From NCBI GenBank assembly GCA_951406725.2, contig OX597817.1, positions 89,962,001-90,026,000 on the forward strand: a DNA stretch of 64,000 bases. The letters run 5' to 3'. Positions 26,601 through 41,727 of this stretch are shown here, in pieces. How positions within the stretch are numbered: the first letter of the stretch is position 1; every line of letters starts with the position of its first letter. The translations under genes were made by a program, and so were the position numbers. A model generated the notes under the pieces. It had not been told where the DNA came from. It was given only the letters and a program-made list of their open reading frames with translations, and did not search any database. This stretch comes from Octopus vulgaris. Its lineage: Eukaryota.

Positions 26601-29218
26601 ACCCCTGATAGCCTTTCACCCCTTTATCACCTGTATCACTTGCTCCCTCCCTTTTATTGCTCAGTCCTCTATCTCTTGTCCTCTGCATCACACATCCCTA
26701 TCAATCCTCTGTCTATTGCCCATTCCACCATCACCTATGTCTTTCTTTCATCCATGTCTTTATTTCTCTTGCTTCCTATGTGCATAACTCTAATTGTTCC
26801 TCTTTGAATTACTCCCTCCTCAATCTCACCGTACTATGTTGTCAGTGTGACTACTGTTGGCTGTGAATGTTTTTATTTTGTTTGTCACATGTTGCGCTTT
26901 CTCACCCATATATTTATTGTTCATCATCTGTTCACCACACATTGAAGTCTTCCAGCTCATCTCTCAATCACTTCTTCCTCTCAGTTCTCACTGTACTATA
27001 CTTCTGGAGTGACTAAAGATACATTGCTTCCAGTGTTGAGTCCATTGCCCTATCTCCTGGGGCATATAGACTTCAGTCATCTCAGTCATGTTGCCATGAC
27101 ATATCCTGGAATACTGAGTATTCCTATCATTCCATCTCATTCCTACATATCCATCTTAATACTATCCCTCATGCCTCTCTCTCTCTCTCTCTCACTCTCT
27201 CTCCTTGTCCTGTAAAGAGGTTGTAAAGAGGCTGGTAAGTGTGCAGAGATATGGTGATGTGAAGCCTCTTCAATTATGTTGAGAACATGGCTAGCTCTGT
27301 ACTGCTGGTAACATGATGAGAGCTTTCAGTACATTTAGCAAAGTAAGAAGTTGTGAGTGCCATTTAATTTGGTTGAGGATAAGGAATTTCCATAGTCCTG
27401 GTACTACGAAAAAATGGACCTGGCACATTCTGTAAAATGCTTCTGACTGTAAAAATGAAATATGTAAGACAAAGTCCATTGCACCTTTTAAGTGAGTAAA
27501 GTGCATGAATACATGCTGATTTCAACTGTAGCAAACTGTGTAACCCATGCCAGTATGGAAGCAGATATAAATGATGAATGAATGTTTGTATGTATGTATA
27601 TGTGCTTGTGTGGTGTTGATGCTATAAGAATTTAGAAACTTTGAGAGAACCTGAAATAGTTCTTTTTTTTGGAATTATGATACTTGAAGCAATGATGTCA
27701 GTAATGCATTGGTAAGAATATAGTTACTAAAATGGATGGAGAAATTTAAAGAAATACTCTGATCCAGTGGTAGAACATCTATCACATTTGCAGAATGTGT
27801 GTTCAAGTCCCATGAACAGCTTTCGTCTTTTTCTATCGAAAGGATTTTTTAACACAATGCTGTTATTTAGAGCTTTATCTGCTTCAAGTTTCACCATTAC
27901 AAAAATAAATATGCTTATTTATATACATACTTATGTATGTGTAAGCTTATATGGATGTATGTATGTGTGTGTGGGTATTCTTATCTAGACATGACATGAG
28001 GGTTGTAAAACAAGCACCACAGTCATACAAGCAATGTGTTTTTCCAGTGACAAACATGTGTAGCTATGGGAAAATATCATCTTCCTTTGAAACAAGTGAG
28101 TGTTGCTAAGAACATCTGGTCATAGAAAAATTTGTCTCAACTGCCCCAAGAAATTCTGTCCGACTCATGCAGGCATGGAAAAGCGGATGTTAAATGACAT
28201 ATGTATGTATATAATATGATATATGTGTATATGTGACCTCACCGGTGCTAGTACCACAAAAGAAAAGAAAAAATTAAGTGTTCAGTATACTCTGTAAAGT
28301 CGTTGGCATTAAGCAAGGTGTTCACCCCAAAAAACTGTGCCAAAACAACATTGCAACGTGATGGTACTTTCGAGCGCTTTGAGTGGTGTCAAACCATCCA
28401 AGCCATGCCAGCATGAAACATGGGCATTAAAAGATGGTGATAATATATATAGATGTACATTTGCACTGTGTGTGTGCGCATGACATTTTGTCTTCATGTG
28501 CCATTCATAAACAAACACTACTGTCATGCAATCTGTGACATTTATGTGCAATCTTCTGTTAAAAGTGCCTGACTATTGTACTGTTTGAGTTTGAAAGACT
28601 AAGGGTATATTACCTTACTTAGAAATAGATTAAGATTGGTGAAAGGAAAAGCATCCTGCTGTAGAAAATCTGCCTCAACTAATTTCATCTGACTCTTGCA
28701 CTCATGGAAAAGTGAATGTTAAAACCATATGTATGTATTGGTGTGTGGTTGTAAATGTGTATGTTCATATGATTTGTTGGCTTATACTTTTAAAGTTTTT
28801 GTTGCAAAACCAACGGCATGCACCCTTTCTTTCAATATTTAGTGTTTAAATGAAAAAATTACAATTGGTTGGTGTCTGGTCTCTCTTTCTACTGCCTTTC
28901 CACACCTGTCTTTTTCCTCTACCTTTGGTGAAGGAGTGTAGCTTACCTAATATATTAACTTCATTTAGAAGACCAAAATGAAATTTCATGAATAGCTCTT
29001 AAATGATCTATTACCATGTGTACATACATACATACATATGTGTATATATGTAAGATATCCATTGTTATATTTAAAAATCTCCTCTATATCCCCTGATACC
29101 CATTCAAGAATACCAATACTAACACTAATTTAGTAAAAACAATAACAATCTTAGCTTTATCTCTTAAACTTTGTCATCTTTCAATTTTATCTCTTTTTTT
29201 TTTTTTGCTTTTTTTTAG

Positions 29219-30001
29219 GCCATGATGGAAGGTCGGCTTCTGCCTGGAGGTGTCTTGCCTGATAAGTTGGCATCATCTGCCTCTAACAGCAGTACAACTG
29301 TCAGTTCTACCAATGTAAGCACCACTGCAGAATCCCAAACAGCATCTAATACTACTGAGGCTACAGCTATTGCTAACTCCAACCTTTTCGGACAGGATCA
29401 TTCTACTACGCTCAAAGATACTTTCTGGAAAGATCTGGAGGAAGGAAAAGTTGACTTATTTGAAACTGATATGTATTCGAAAGTTAAAGCTCAGGGACGA
29501 GCTTCACGTCCCAAATCTTTTAAAAATGCTTTCAACAAACAATCTGAGCGATTGCGAGGAACAAACACTTCCCAATCGCCAAAGAAATCTTCGTCAAAAG
29601 GAAATCGTAAACAGAAGATATTAGCGAAATATTATTCTCAGAGAAGACGGACTAATAACCATCTACGGAAGTCTTCTGATAAGACTCATAATTCATATGG
29701 AATGAAAAATGAAGGGTCTAATGTTGGGAATAGAAAATGTGATGATAGATTAAATGAAGGTGTTACGAATGTAGGAAACTTTTCCGAGCAAGACTGGAGC
29801 TATAGTGATGCCACAAGCCCGGCTGTCATGAAGTCATGTGATCTCAATATTATGGACTGTGATAAAATATCTAGCATATCTTACTTAAAAGAGGAGGACT
29901 GTTCTGATGAGTATATATGCCAAGGGACGATTGCTGAACAAAGTTCTCAGGGATGTCATGAAAGCCCACCATCAAAGGAAAATTTGTCAACCAATGAACA
30001 G
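29219..30001 (+). CDS. Large internal exon of the chromodomain gene (Ser/Thr-rich and basic low-complexity region; AMMEGRLL...STNEQ)
   Basis: Long poly-T tract + AG at 29217-29218; 783-nt open frame matching track ORF 29222; CAG|GTAAAC donor at 30002; phase 0/0, compatible with flanking exons. Confidence 0.9.
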
Positions 30002-30669
30002 GTAAACCAGGCTTCACTCCATTAGGCTTCTTACTCTAACATTTTTTTAATATTAATCTTTAATACTCTCTCTCCTTCCTATTTTTTTCAGTATTTTTTC
30101 CTCAAGATCAATTTAATCTTATAGTTCAGATTGCAAAACACATTTCTATCTTATGTAAATAATTACAGAGTTGAGTTGATAAGAGAGGAGGGTCTGTGTA
30201 ATTACTTGATGAGTTTAATACAGCAGTCAAATATCCACCAATGTTTCAAATAAAGATTACATAAGTTATGTAGGGGTTTCTGTGCAACTAGTTAACCTGG
30301 TCAATTTATGAGTGAAACTCCTCTCAGCATACTACTTTACAGGGATCACATAAGCTAGTGAAAGGATCTATTTAGTGACATGTCTTGCTCAAGGTTGTTG
30401 CCAAATAGCTAACAAGATCCTCTCTTTACGATATCTCTCAAATGGAGATTTATTTGAAAAGTCAAATCTAATGAAATTGCCTCAAGTGAATCAGGATTAA
30501 AAATAAGGATTGAATAATTTGTTAAATTCATGTTTTGCCATTGGTCTACCTGTCTAACAATACTTAACTGGGTTAGCACTTAGGAACAACTAGAACTACA
30601 ACATTTCAGTGTTTGTAGTGTGCATGCGCATTTGAGTGTATGTGTATTATCTATCTATCTATCTATCTA

Positions 30670-30705
<36 letters not shown>

Positions 30706-33700
30706 AGAAAATGTAAAGTATACAGGTTAAATAGTTCATTGACTAAGAGTTTCTCAAAGACTGTTGTTGTTTACACACAAGCTCCATGTTTGTTCACCAA
30801 TACCACCATATTTTATTCATCTAGAATGGAGCTGTTACTTGATGTTAGTAGGTAGTCCAGGAGATGAGCAAGAATGGAGTTTGTTTATAAAGAAAACATT
30901 TCTTGTGAAACTTCTAGTCCGTCTGTGAAGAGTTAACCTGAATATATTTTGTCTAATATCATTCCTGCTGCACATTGTACTGAATGCTCTAATTTTTGTT
31001 CAGACAAACGACACTATATATATATATGCCATTTTCTAACTATTCAGTATATGCAAGCAGTTTAGGTCTAGTTGGTAACAGCAACAAGTAACTTTAGCTC
31101 ATTATGTGACAACAACAAACAGGGCTTTCGTTCTTGCCAGTTTCTTAACCCTATCCCAATTTTCATGTTGCCTGTCAGGATATATTTCCTCGACAGTTTA
31201 ACTGTGTAGCACCATGGGACATCTTTGAGATTTTTCACACTGAGACTATTTCACTCTGAGTAACCTAGGATATTTTTGCAATCCTTCTCCTCCACCAACT
31301 TCTTCTGACACATTGGAAATAGGCTTTATTGCATGCTACATCAACCAACACTACTAACCCATTCAATAGCTTAGACTCTTTTTTTCATCTGCGTCAACAG
31401 ATTTACAAGCAAGATGTTAACTGACAATCCTTATTACAGGATGGCCATCTTGGAGGGCAGAAACACTGAATAAGAATAAATAGTGATTAGAAAGGAATTT
31501 TTAGTAACCTTATGTGGCACTCTTGTGTCGTGTACTGGTGACATGATAAAACTCATTCAATACACAGTAAAATATACACAACAGCAAATTTCTCTGTGGC
31601 TGTATATACAAGATGTTGCATTATAACATCCAATCAATGCCAGCATGAAAAATGCTCATAAAACGTTGATGATATATGTGTATGATTTTACATATATAGT
31701 CTGTGTGTTTAAGAAGTTTACTTCCCAACTATGTTCTAGATTCGCTCCCACTAAATAATGGCATCAAATGAAATGTAAGAGCAAGACATGAACTTTACAG
31801 TTCTCTTAGTGTTGGTAAAAATGTATCTAGTCCATACTCTGTTACCATGTACATGATGATGCAAAACATGAGCTGACCAATCCATTCTGGTATTGGAAAG
31901 TTGATATAAAATTATAATGATTCAGCATGTTTGCTGCTATTTTGGTGCCACTCCAGTGGGACCTAGAAACCTCAAAAATTCTGTGACCACAAAACTGGTG
32001 CTAATGTTTTACATACTAAAAATATCCATACATTTTGTTAACAAAGGTTCTATTTAGATGCGTTTTTATATATATATACACACACACACGTGCACACAAA
32101 TACAAACCAAGAAGATAACTGCAGTACTATTACTTTGTTAAAGTTTTGAGAAAATATTGAAAATGCAGTAACAGGAGTAGCTCAGATCCTTAAGTCAACT
32201 GAAAGAAGCAGGGCATACCAGTATTGCATTTCCTCACTAAAAATTTGAAGCAATTTTATCTCTTTTTTTTTTTTATCTCTTATTTAATTTTTAACACTTC
32301 TAAGAGCAGATTTTTGTCTAATTGCATAGATAGTGTCTTGACTGAAATTTTTCTGGTGATAGCATTATGCATGTGATTGAAAAACTCTTTTCTATTAGTA
32401 TTGCTGTGATGTCAGTTGTAGTTGCAGTAACTGTGATAGTTGTTGTAGTTGTGAGGATAGACTGTTGGTATTGGCAGTAGTGACAGTTGTAGCTGTGATA
32501 GTAACAGATGATGCAGTAATACTTGTAGAAATCTGATTAATCATTGTCTTTTTACCTCTAGCATCATTACAAGAGATTTGTGGTTTCTAGGCCCTGCTGG
32601 AGGGTCATAGAGACAGTAATAAATCTACTGATTCATCATCACTTAACATCTATTTCTGTACTGTACTGGCCTGGCCTGGACAGGTTTGTCTCCATTATCA
32701 TCTGGTACACATAACAGAAAGCCAACCAAGTTGAGTGTTATGTATGCCTTGCAGTGTGCACTTGGTGTGTTTTAACATGCTACTGAGACTTATGATCCCA
32801 AGCTTTCAGACAAAAGAGATCCTTCTACTCTGTATCAATTCTTTTTTGGAATTAGTGCCCTCTTAGATTGGTAGCCTGGAATGCAACTTGCAATATTCAC
32901 TTCTCACTCAGCCATTCTATTTTTGGTATGGTTTCTCTATCAATAACCACTTTACAGAGTGTACTGTGTGAATATATTTGGAAATAGTGGTCAGAGTAGC
33001 AGTAGGGTTAAGAATTTATACTATTCATATAATCAAGAGGAATTCAAACCTTGTTATTGCTGGGAATATGTTGTTTGACACCAAGTCAAAGATGGTTAAT
33101 CAGCTAATTATTTGCCTGCTTTATGGTTGAGTGATTTATTGCAGTTGTAGCTCTAGTTTAGTCCTAATGCTACAGATGTGTAGTCAATCAAGCATATTAC
33201 AACAACAAACATTCTATCTTTTTCAAGATACACTCTGTTTATATTTATATCATCTAATGTATCCTTCCTTTTCTTTAACATGGTAGAATGGGATGTGAGA
33301 AAGATTTAGCTCCTATGAGCCTGACTCACTAAGAGTCCATGTGCTGGTATTAAACCAGTATAAGCATTTCCATCCATATTAGCCCTTTATTACCCAAATT
33401 ATCAATTCTAGATGTTAGTTGATGCCTTACCACTGTTATTCCAGTGTTAAAGGTACTTGATTCTGCTGGGCTTGTCTCAGTCAACACTTAGAAATGTTAT
33501 ATATATATATATACATATATATATATGTGTGTGTGTGTGTTCACTACAGAATTTCACATTCCCTCTCCTCAGGCAACTGTTTAGAAGATACTTGAAGCTT
33601 GTTTATATATACACCAGTTGGGGCTGTTGAGACTCAGCTCTGAATAAATATTACTTCACTACCTAACCACATTAAGTGTTTTTTTTTGTTTAATTGTAAA

Positions 33701-34476
33701 TGTACTAGGTAATACTACTAATAACCCCCCCCACACACACACACATATGTATGTGTGTGCTGGTATGGCTGTGTGATTTAGAAATTTGCATTACAACTTC
33801 ACAAGGGATTGTGATGTAACAGTTTACACAAATAAACTGTCCACCTGTTGGTGACTGTGTCAGTGACCATTGGCATCCTCAGTGGTTTGTTCTCCCTTGT
33901 TTAATAGTAAGGAATTTAAAATAAAATCATTTATTTTTTGTGGTAAGTTTGTCAAGAGAAAAGGAGAAATATCTATGACCAGCAGTGAAACATAAGCTAT
34001 GTGGGCAGTGAATGCTTGATGCAGAGTGAACCCAGCTAAGGGCAAGCAAGGACCAAGTAATGGTGGTATTAGTCATTTGACCATCATTGAGTGTTGAGCC
34101 TAAGACAGTGCCTAGACTATATTATAACGGTTTGTGGTTATTTTTGGTTATTTGTATGTAGCTGCAGGTCAGCTCTGATTCTGCAGACCTATGATTATGT
34201 TCCAGTCAAAACCATCCTCTTTTTTATCAAATGTAGTGTATGTTATTGATTTTTTTTAAGGCAGTAGTATGGCACATGAAGGAGATTTGGCTGCTATATC
34301 TAGCCAACTTCGTGACCATGTAGAGGTTCTATCACTGGCTCAATGGTTGAAACTGTTTTGTTAGCCTTTTTAGTCACACTTTATTGGTGTGGAAATGTAA
34401 CTGTCCACAACTTTCAACTTTGCTATATTTTTCTTCTCTTCCACCTAAAGCAGACTTCAACAACAGTTGTAATAAT

Positions 34477-34686
34477 GATTTGAAATTTTGGCACAAGACC
34501 AGTAATTTCAGGGGAGGAGATAATTGATGATATCAACCCCAGTGCTCAACTGGTATGTATTTTATCGACCCTGAAAAGGCAAAAGACAAAGTCAACCTCA
34601 GTGGTATTTAAACTCGGAATATAGACAAATGAAATGCTGCTAAGCATTTTTCTGGCATGCTAATGCTTCTGCCAGCTTGCCGCCTT
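34477..34686 (-). mobile_element. SINE family A copy
   Basis: Matches the 13451-13662 and 14594-14810 copies; ends ttctgccagcttgccgcctt. Confidence 0.85.
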
Positions 34687-37600
34687 AACAATAGTAATAA
34701 TAATATAATTGTTTCTTGAGCTTAGTTGATTTACTGACCCCTAAACTTGATTTATGCTTAATTTTGTCCACTTGAGTGGAATCACAGGCAAAAGTAATAA
34801 TCATTTCAAGCTAAAGGGATGAATCAAGTTTATAAATTAGCCAGCAGCTCAGCAGCTTGTGCATAGACATTGACACTGCATATCTCTCTCACACTCTCTC
34901 AGATTATAGACTTGCGTCTGACCAACTTTCTACTTTACATCTAATCCCACCTCATCTCAAACACACCCCACCCCTCCTCTCCCCTTATCTCGCACCAGAC
35001 CACCCCCTGCGTACTCCATCACTGAGCCCTACCTCTTCCTATAGTGTAAGGACTCTAGATTCTACTGTTTTAGGTTTTCTGTGGGATATTGGGTGGGTCA
35101 CAAGTGGCTGAGGTGACTAAGTATGCAAAGGAAGGGGGATTGGATTGTAGGAGTGAAAGTGATGTTAGTAGTAATGGTAGTTGAGGGGTATGGTGAGTGA
35201 TTCATCAAAAGACAGAAAAACAAAATAGTATAAAATTAGGGCTAAAAATGGGATGTTGTCACACTACAGTTGGGTGGTTGTGTTAGGGTATTTTCATAGA
35301 AATAAGGTAGTGCTCCACTGAACACCCTAGTATTTTATTACAATTAAGTTGGCCTGTTCCTGTCCACCTTTCTATTCTGAATTAAAACCTTCCCTGCTCT
35401 CCACCCTCATCTACATAATCTGAGGTGGGTAAAAGAATAAGAGCTACCATACAAGGAGGTGGAGCATTGGAGGGAGGTCTTGCCCTTGTGCTTATGATAG
35501 AAATCCTTGTCAAAATCCTCATTACTACAAGAATGGCAGAAATGGTAAAACTGTAATTAAATGTCTTGAGTTGGTTACTGACATTGTTACATTACAGAAC
35601 TGATTTCAAATCTTGTTGGAGTTATCCTTGCCTTTCATTCTTTCAAGTTCAATAAGTTGTAACATTAATATACAAAGAAGTGGGGAGGGAAGCGATACAA
35701 CTATACCTTCCACCTTGACCTTCCTTCTCTTAGTAAATCATTTGAAAATAAAGACAATACAAATGTTACTAAGTGAATCTATGTTTGAAAGTATTCTAGT
35801 TGTAACCATCCAGTCTTTTTTTCCCCAGACAATGATTTAAGACTATATAATCTGCGTCCTTTTTTGTTTAAAACATAATAGTGCATTATGTGAGGGAGAT
35901 TTAACGGTTATGTCTTGCAGGTTGCTCAACTACATAAAGGTTCACAGCTAGTATTTTCCCTTTTGTTTAGCCCCTAGTCAGCCATGATCTAGCAGACTTA
36001 TGATCAAAGGCCAACTCACCTTTTAATCAGAGTTAGTATGTCTAGGACTAGACTACATTTACTGCTTTCTTCCTTTTTTTACAAGGTAGTAGGATATTAT
36101 TTGAGTGAGATTTGGCTGCTATTTCTAACAGATGAAGCTGCCGTATAGAAGGCAATTACTTCTGTAGGCTTTCCATACACTTGTAGCAATGTTGATGGTA
36201 TTTTTCCTTATTGTTTTACATTCTTCTTTCTAGAGAATTGTTATAGTTGTGGTGGTAGTGGTAATAGTCATTGTTGTAGTGGTGGTGATAGTAATAGTGA
36301 GTGTGGTGGTTGTGTCATTCACAGTGTACGAAGTAACAAGAGAATCAATGGAGAGATAGACAGGATGGCATTATGTTGGTGGCTGGAGAGACAGGCAAGT
36401 GTGTGTCTGGTGTATATTTATGGAAGTAACTTCCTGTTGGTTTGCTTATCTAGTGACACAGGTCCTTGACAGTTTGGAGACTACCTTCCTCAGCCACACC
36501 TCATCTAAAGAACAGGAGGAGTAAAGGGAGCAATATTCAAATAGAAATTATATTAAAGAATTGAAACAAGTTGGTGGTAAATACATTAAAAACTGGGATG
36601 ACATCAGAGTATGTTGTTTAAACCCATATCAGTTCTAATCCAACTGACTTAGGATCAAAAGCTCACCAACCATGACCATCCTTATGTATGCTGATTTCAT
36701 TGTGGAATGTGTCCTTTATTTTTTTTTTTTCTTAAGCTGAAAGGTTATAAGGTTGATTTTTTTTTTTTACTGTTACTTCTAGCAGACTGAGTGACTGTGT
36801 AGAAGCTACTTTGTTGACTCATTCAGAATATGTTGCCATTATGACCTGCTAATGAGATTTAATAAGGAGGAGGAGAGATAGGGAGGGGTGAGGCTTGGTA
36901 TATGTGTGTTTTTGGAGCAGATAATGAAATAGTCTTTCAGATTGTGACTTAGCAGGTTACTGTCATACTACAAATCACTATATGTTTGATTGAGGTGAGA
37001 GTGGGGAAACAATATTAAGTAATTACAGGAAAAAATGTGGTGGAGCATTGGACAACATGTTTTGCAGTATTTAGAGTTGCACTTCGTTATGTTCAAGTAT
37101 ATTTGGCATCAACTTTGCCATTTTACCCCTTAGAATTGATAAAATAAGGACCAGTCCCATAATGGAGTTAATCTTACCAACTACACATCTTCCCTAAACT
37201 TTGTGTCCCTTTGAGCCTTATTTCTGTAACTATTAAAAATATAACAGCTAGGAGTAGCCAAATCCCCTTTAAATTACCATCTTAAAAAGTGGGTATAATG
37301 AATAATGTAATCATAGATATATCATGTCTGAAAATGATAGGACAGTCACAATTAGGTCTTTGGTCATAGGTTTACTGAATCTGAGCTGACTCAAGCTGTG
37401 TTAAACATCAACAATAACTCACTCCAGAATGATTCTACAGTACTGTATGGGTAAACACATTCTCCAGCTGTTGATCTTGACACACATACGTACATACACT
37501 CACACACACACACACGCACACACACACTCACTCACTCACTCTTCCAGATCACTGGCTCTTCTATAACAACACCTGGGCCACATTCTATGCTGTCTTGAAG

Positions 37601-39406
37601 CCCATCACTGCTTTTAACTTTCCTGTGGACACACAACTAAAGCATTGTAAGTACTTTTCACACTCTATCTGCCACTGTATAGCAGTAATTGCAGTCTGCA
37701 TTTCGGGTTCAGTCCCACTGCGTGGCACTTTGGGTAGGTGTCTTCCACTATAGCCTCGAGCCGACCGGAGCTTTGTGATTGAATTCGGTAGGTGGAAGTT
37801 ACTGCCGTGTGTGTATGTGTGCGTATAGCTGCTCAGTGCCTCTCCGAAAGGGAGAGAGGGAACAGTGTTTGTAGACAGATGTGCATTGAAATAGCTGGCC
37901 TGGTACCATACTGTGTTTCCCATTTCAGATCCCACACTGAACATTTCAAGCCAGTTCTTCCACTTGGAATTGTAATTCCTCAGGAATTCTTTCTGCAGTA
38001 TTTTTCTATAAACACTGGTCTACAATTAAACAGGATCTATATCTGTTTCACCAGTCTGTAAAACTCATGGGTCCTGATGGCATGTAGTTCAGGACATGAA
38101 ATGTAACAAATAAAATACATTAATAATTTAAGTGAGAAAATATTATTTGTGACCTGGCATAAAATCGTCTATTGGTGAAAGCTTAGTAGTTTGAGTCAGA
38201 TTTTGTAGTATATTATTATGTATTTTTTGTTATGACTTACCCAAAATTTTGTAACACTGACATTCATGGAAATGGAAATGACAAGGGAGATAATAAAAAA
38301 ACTATTTCCTATCTGAAACAAGAAATCGTTTTCCTGACTAATAGACTTTTATTTTTATTCTTTTTCCATTTTTTCTTTTGTATTTTTGTTTTCTACTAAA
38401 ATGTTCCCACTATATTTTCAGTGGTTTGTATCTTTATGGAGCTTATTAAAATTACGACTCACCCCTTTATCCTACCCATATCTCATTGACTTTCTCCTAT
38501 CTTGTTTAACTATTTCGCATTTTCCATTTCTCTCTCTTATTATTCCTCTTCAAATAGTGTATATAGAATTGTTATCAAATTCAGGTGGGTGAAAGTTTTA
38601 TGGTGCTATAATTTTAGGGGGTAAATGTTCACTACAAGAGTTTGAAGTGAGTGTGGGTGAGGGTAAAGTGAGACACAATACGGACAACAAGTGGTAGTGT
38701 GGGTGCCTCTGGTAAGCCCTGAGCAGAGATTGGTACACACAGGCGTAAAGGATACTGTAGTCTCAGTAGAAGAGCTATTGAGAAGGAATAACATATCCAT
38801 TGAATAAGCATATTGGTATGTAAATCTCTTGTCTTTTTTGAGATGGTGAGTTGGAGCCTGGGGCCTAGTATTTGTGTGTGAGTGTAGCAGCAGTGTACTA
38901 TTTAAATGAGCAGTAATTTTATGTGGGTTGCAATGAAAAACATGCTGTCAGCCATTCAGAGTCAAACCATTATGTACTTTATTTGTGATCCCTACATATA
39001 TGTAATTTAATATGGTACTTATAATATCAATGGATAATGATATAATATTCAGTTGGTCAAATTATTTTGGTAAGTTGTATTCCAAAAACCAACATATGAT
39101 TGAAACAAGTATGAAGGTTTACAGTGATTGAACTGAATCTTTGGAAATTCTTGGGGCAATCCAAAGAAAAAGCAACCCAGTTTTAGATAAGGTTGAAAGT
39201 CCTTTATAATCTTATAAAAATGTAAAGTTTGAAACTTCAAACTTTGATTTTTCTTTAAGCATTAATCTAAAACTTTAAATTTTGTTTGCTATATATGAAT
39301 ATATTATGTATGTATATATGCATTTATATATATATATGTGTGTGTGTGCATAAATATGTATGCACACTTGAACTGTATTTTTATTGTTTCCCTGTTTATC
39401 TTGCAG

Positions 39407-39467
39407 ACTGATTATGATTCAAGTAAAGAATTAGAAAACGATGATCATTCAAAATCACAAATAACTT
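39407..39467 (+). CDS. Short internal exon (TDYDSSKELENDDHSKSQIT + 1 nt)
   Basis: tttccctgtttatcttgcAG acceptor and GTAAGT donor at 39468; 61 nt, phase 0 to 1, which exactly bridges exon 29219-30001 to exon 61510. Confidence 0.85.
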
Positions 39468-40719
39468 GTAAGTACTTTGTTGTTGTCTTTCTGTTTCCAT
39501 GTCAACTGAGTATGATTTCAGGAGTGCTGCTTGTTTGAAACTTGGTCTTGCAGAGCTGTGGGCCTTATCACATTACTACCTGTCATTATACAATTAAAGG
39601 AAAAAAATATAACTGTGGCATATGAAAAGACACTGTATTAAACTGCATGATAAAGTCGACTGTTGTTTGATTACTGGAACTAGAGCTTTAGGGATCACAC
39701 GGGCAACTACAGCCCTTTCCTTATCAGGGATGTTATAACTGTCAAGTTACAATCTGAGGTTAAATGATGAGAAATTCTTCCCAACAACTGTTGGTGTTAA
39801 TGATTATTTCAATATTTATGTTATGGCACCAGATCACAAATTTTAGAGGAGGTTATAGTTCTAGTCAATAGGATTATCAGCCTCATTATTAAATTTGAAC
39901 ATATAGGAATAGTTTCAATTTTAGCATATACATTGATGATTATAAAACAATTTCTTGGTGCTACAGAAGGCCTGTTTGCTTGGCACAGCAAGAACCATAA
40001 GAAAAGTGCTAGATACTTAAAGTTGTGCTATGCAGCTTGATTTCTAGTGATCCAATTGCGGAAGAAACAAAATCAAATGCTGAGTGAATGATGATGTTGA
40101 TGATATTATTATTATAAATTTGCTGTGCAAGGCCTGCATGATTTCTAACTTAGCAACGTGACTTTAGTGTAGAAAGAGAGAACAGTTGATACATTCAACC
40201 CCAGTTGTTGAATGTTTCTAATATGGATATAGGTGAGAAATTTGAAAGGAGGAGACTTAGCAGATTATATCAACCTCAGTACTTAATTGGTACTCTATTT
40301 TATCGACCACGCTCCCTACCAGGCATAGTTGATTTTAGCAGGATTTGACCTCAGAACATAAAGAGATGGAAGAACTGCAAAATATTTTCTCTGATGCCCT
40401 GTTAAGAGATTTTTAAAATAAGCACAAGTCAAAAATTTTTGCAATGACAATATTATTTATGTTCCTCTCCATTATAGGATGAAAGTTAATGTCAACTTTG
40501 CTGCTATTTGAACTTAGAATATGAAGAGAATTGACTAAATTACTGAAGGCACCAAAACAACAATCTAATTGGGGGCGGATTTTAAGCCAGAATGCGAAGG
40601 GACATAACTCACAAATATAAAATGTTCAGTTTATTACACTTACAAAAGACATGATGAGATAGCCACTACTTATAAGATAGAGAGTATACTTACATAAACA
40701 CATGCACACACACACAGAC

Positions 40720-40754
<35 letters not shown>

Positions 40755-41510
40755 ATGTGCATACATTCATTTGCTCCACACGTGTTTTTTCAATGCCACC
40801 ATCATTTGAGGCAAGATTTTAAGGCTGGATGCTCTTCCTGTTGCCAAACCTTTCCTGTTTTCAAGTAAGGGATTTTTTTTATTCCACAGATCTTTGAAAG
40901 TACAGAAGGACCAGTCATAATGTCAACAAGGAATGTCAACATTGCGACCACTTTTCTCGACTAGTGGCAAACATGGAATATCAACATTGATACATTCTCT
41001 TCATGCCTTCCCACCCGCAGGCATCTCTCTCTCTGTCTCTCTCTCTCATATCATACACACATACAACACACACACAACAGAATTCCTGCAGTTTCCAGCT
41101 ATTAAATTCTCTCGCAAGATAGAAGCCCCAAGCTATGGGAGAAAATGCTTAAGGTACTGTGCAGTATGACTGATCCTGAAACCGCATAATTAAGAAGTTT
41201 ACTTCTTAACCACACAGCCATGCCTGTACCTTATGTGTGTCTGTGTGAAATCTGTGTACAGACACAATTGGAAATATAGTTATATATATTGATACAGTGA
41301 TAGAGAGGAAGTGGTCAGGTTTGGTGATGATGGTAGCCCCTAAATAAAGAACTCAGTGTTAAAACACAGTATGTGAATATATTTCAGCAAATAACTTTTG
41401 ATATTTTCTATTTGTGTCTAATACTTTTTTGATTGATTTCTATTTTGACTGATGTGTCTTTCTATGAATACATCTTGAAGCTGTTATGCTTTCAATGAAT
41501 ATAGTTTTAA

Positions 41511-41727
41511 CCCTTTAGCATTCAGATTACTCCGTCAAAATCTGATCCTTATATAGTCAGTGTTTGAATTAATCATTCATTATCTTGTAACTTCAGATTT
41601 TGATGATGTGATTGTTTATTTTTAGAATGATATTGTAGGGTATGAGTGAAAGGCTGGATCTGACTGGTTTGAACATAAAATAAGTTGAATATTTGGACAG
41701 GATAAGGCTAGTTTAAATGCTAAAGGA
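41511..41727. mobile_element. piggyBac-type MITE
   Basis: TTAA|CCCTTTAGCATT ... AATGCTAAAGGA|TTAA: terminal inverted repeats with TTAA target duplication. Confidence 0.85.

Noticed and set aside
37945-37995. Minus-strand CTGAGGA...GAAATGTT hammerhead-like spacing
   Set aside because: Stems I and II do not pair convincingly.
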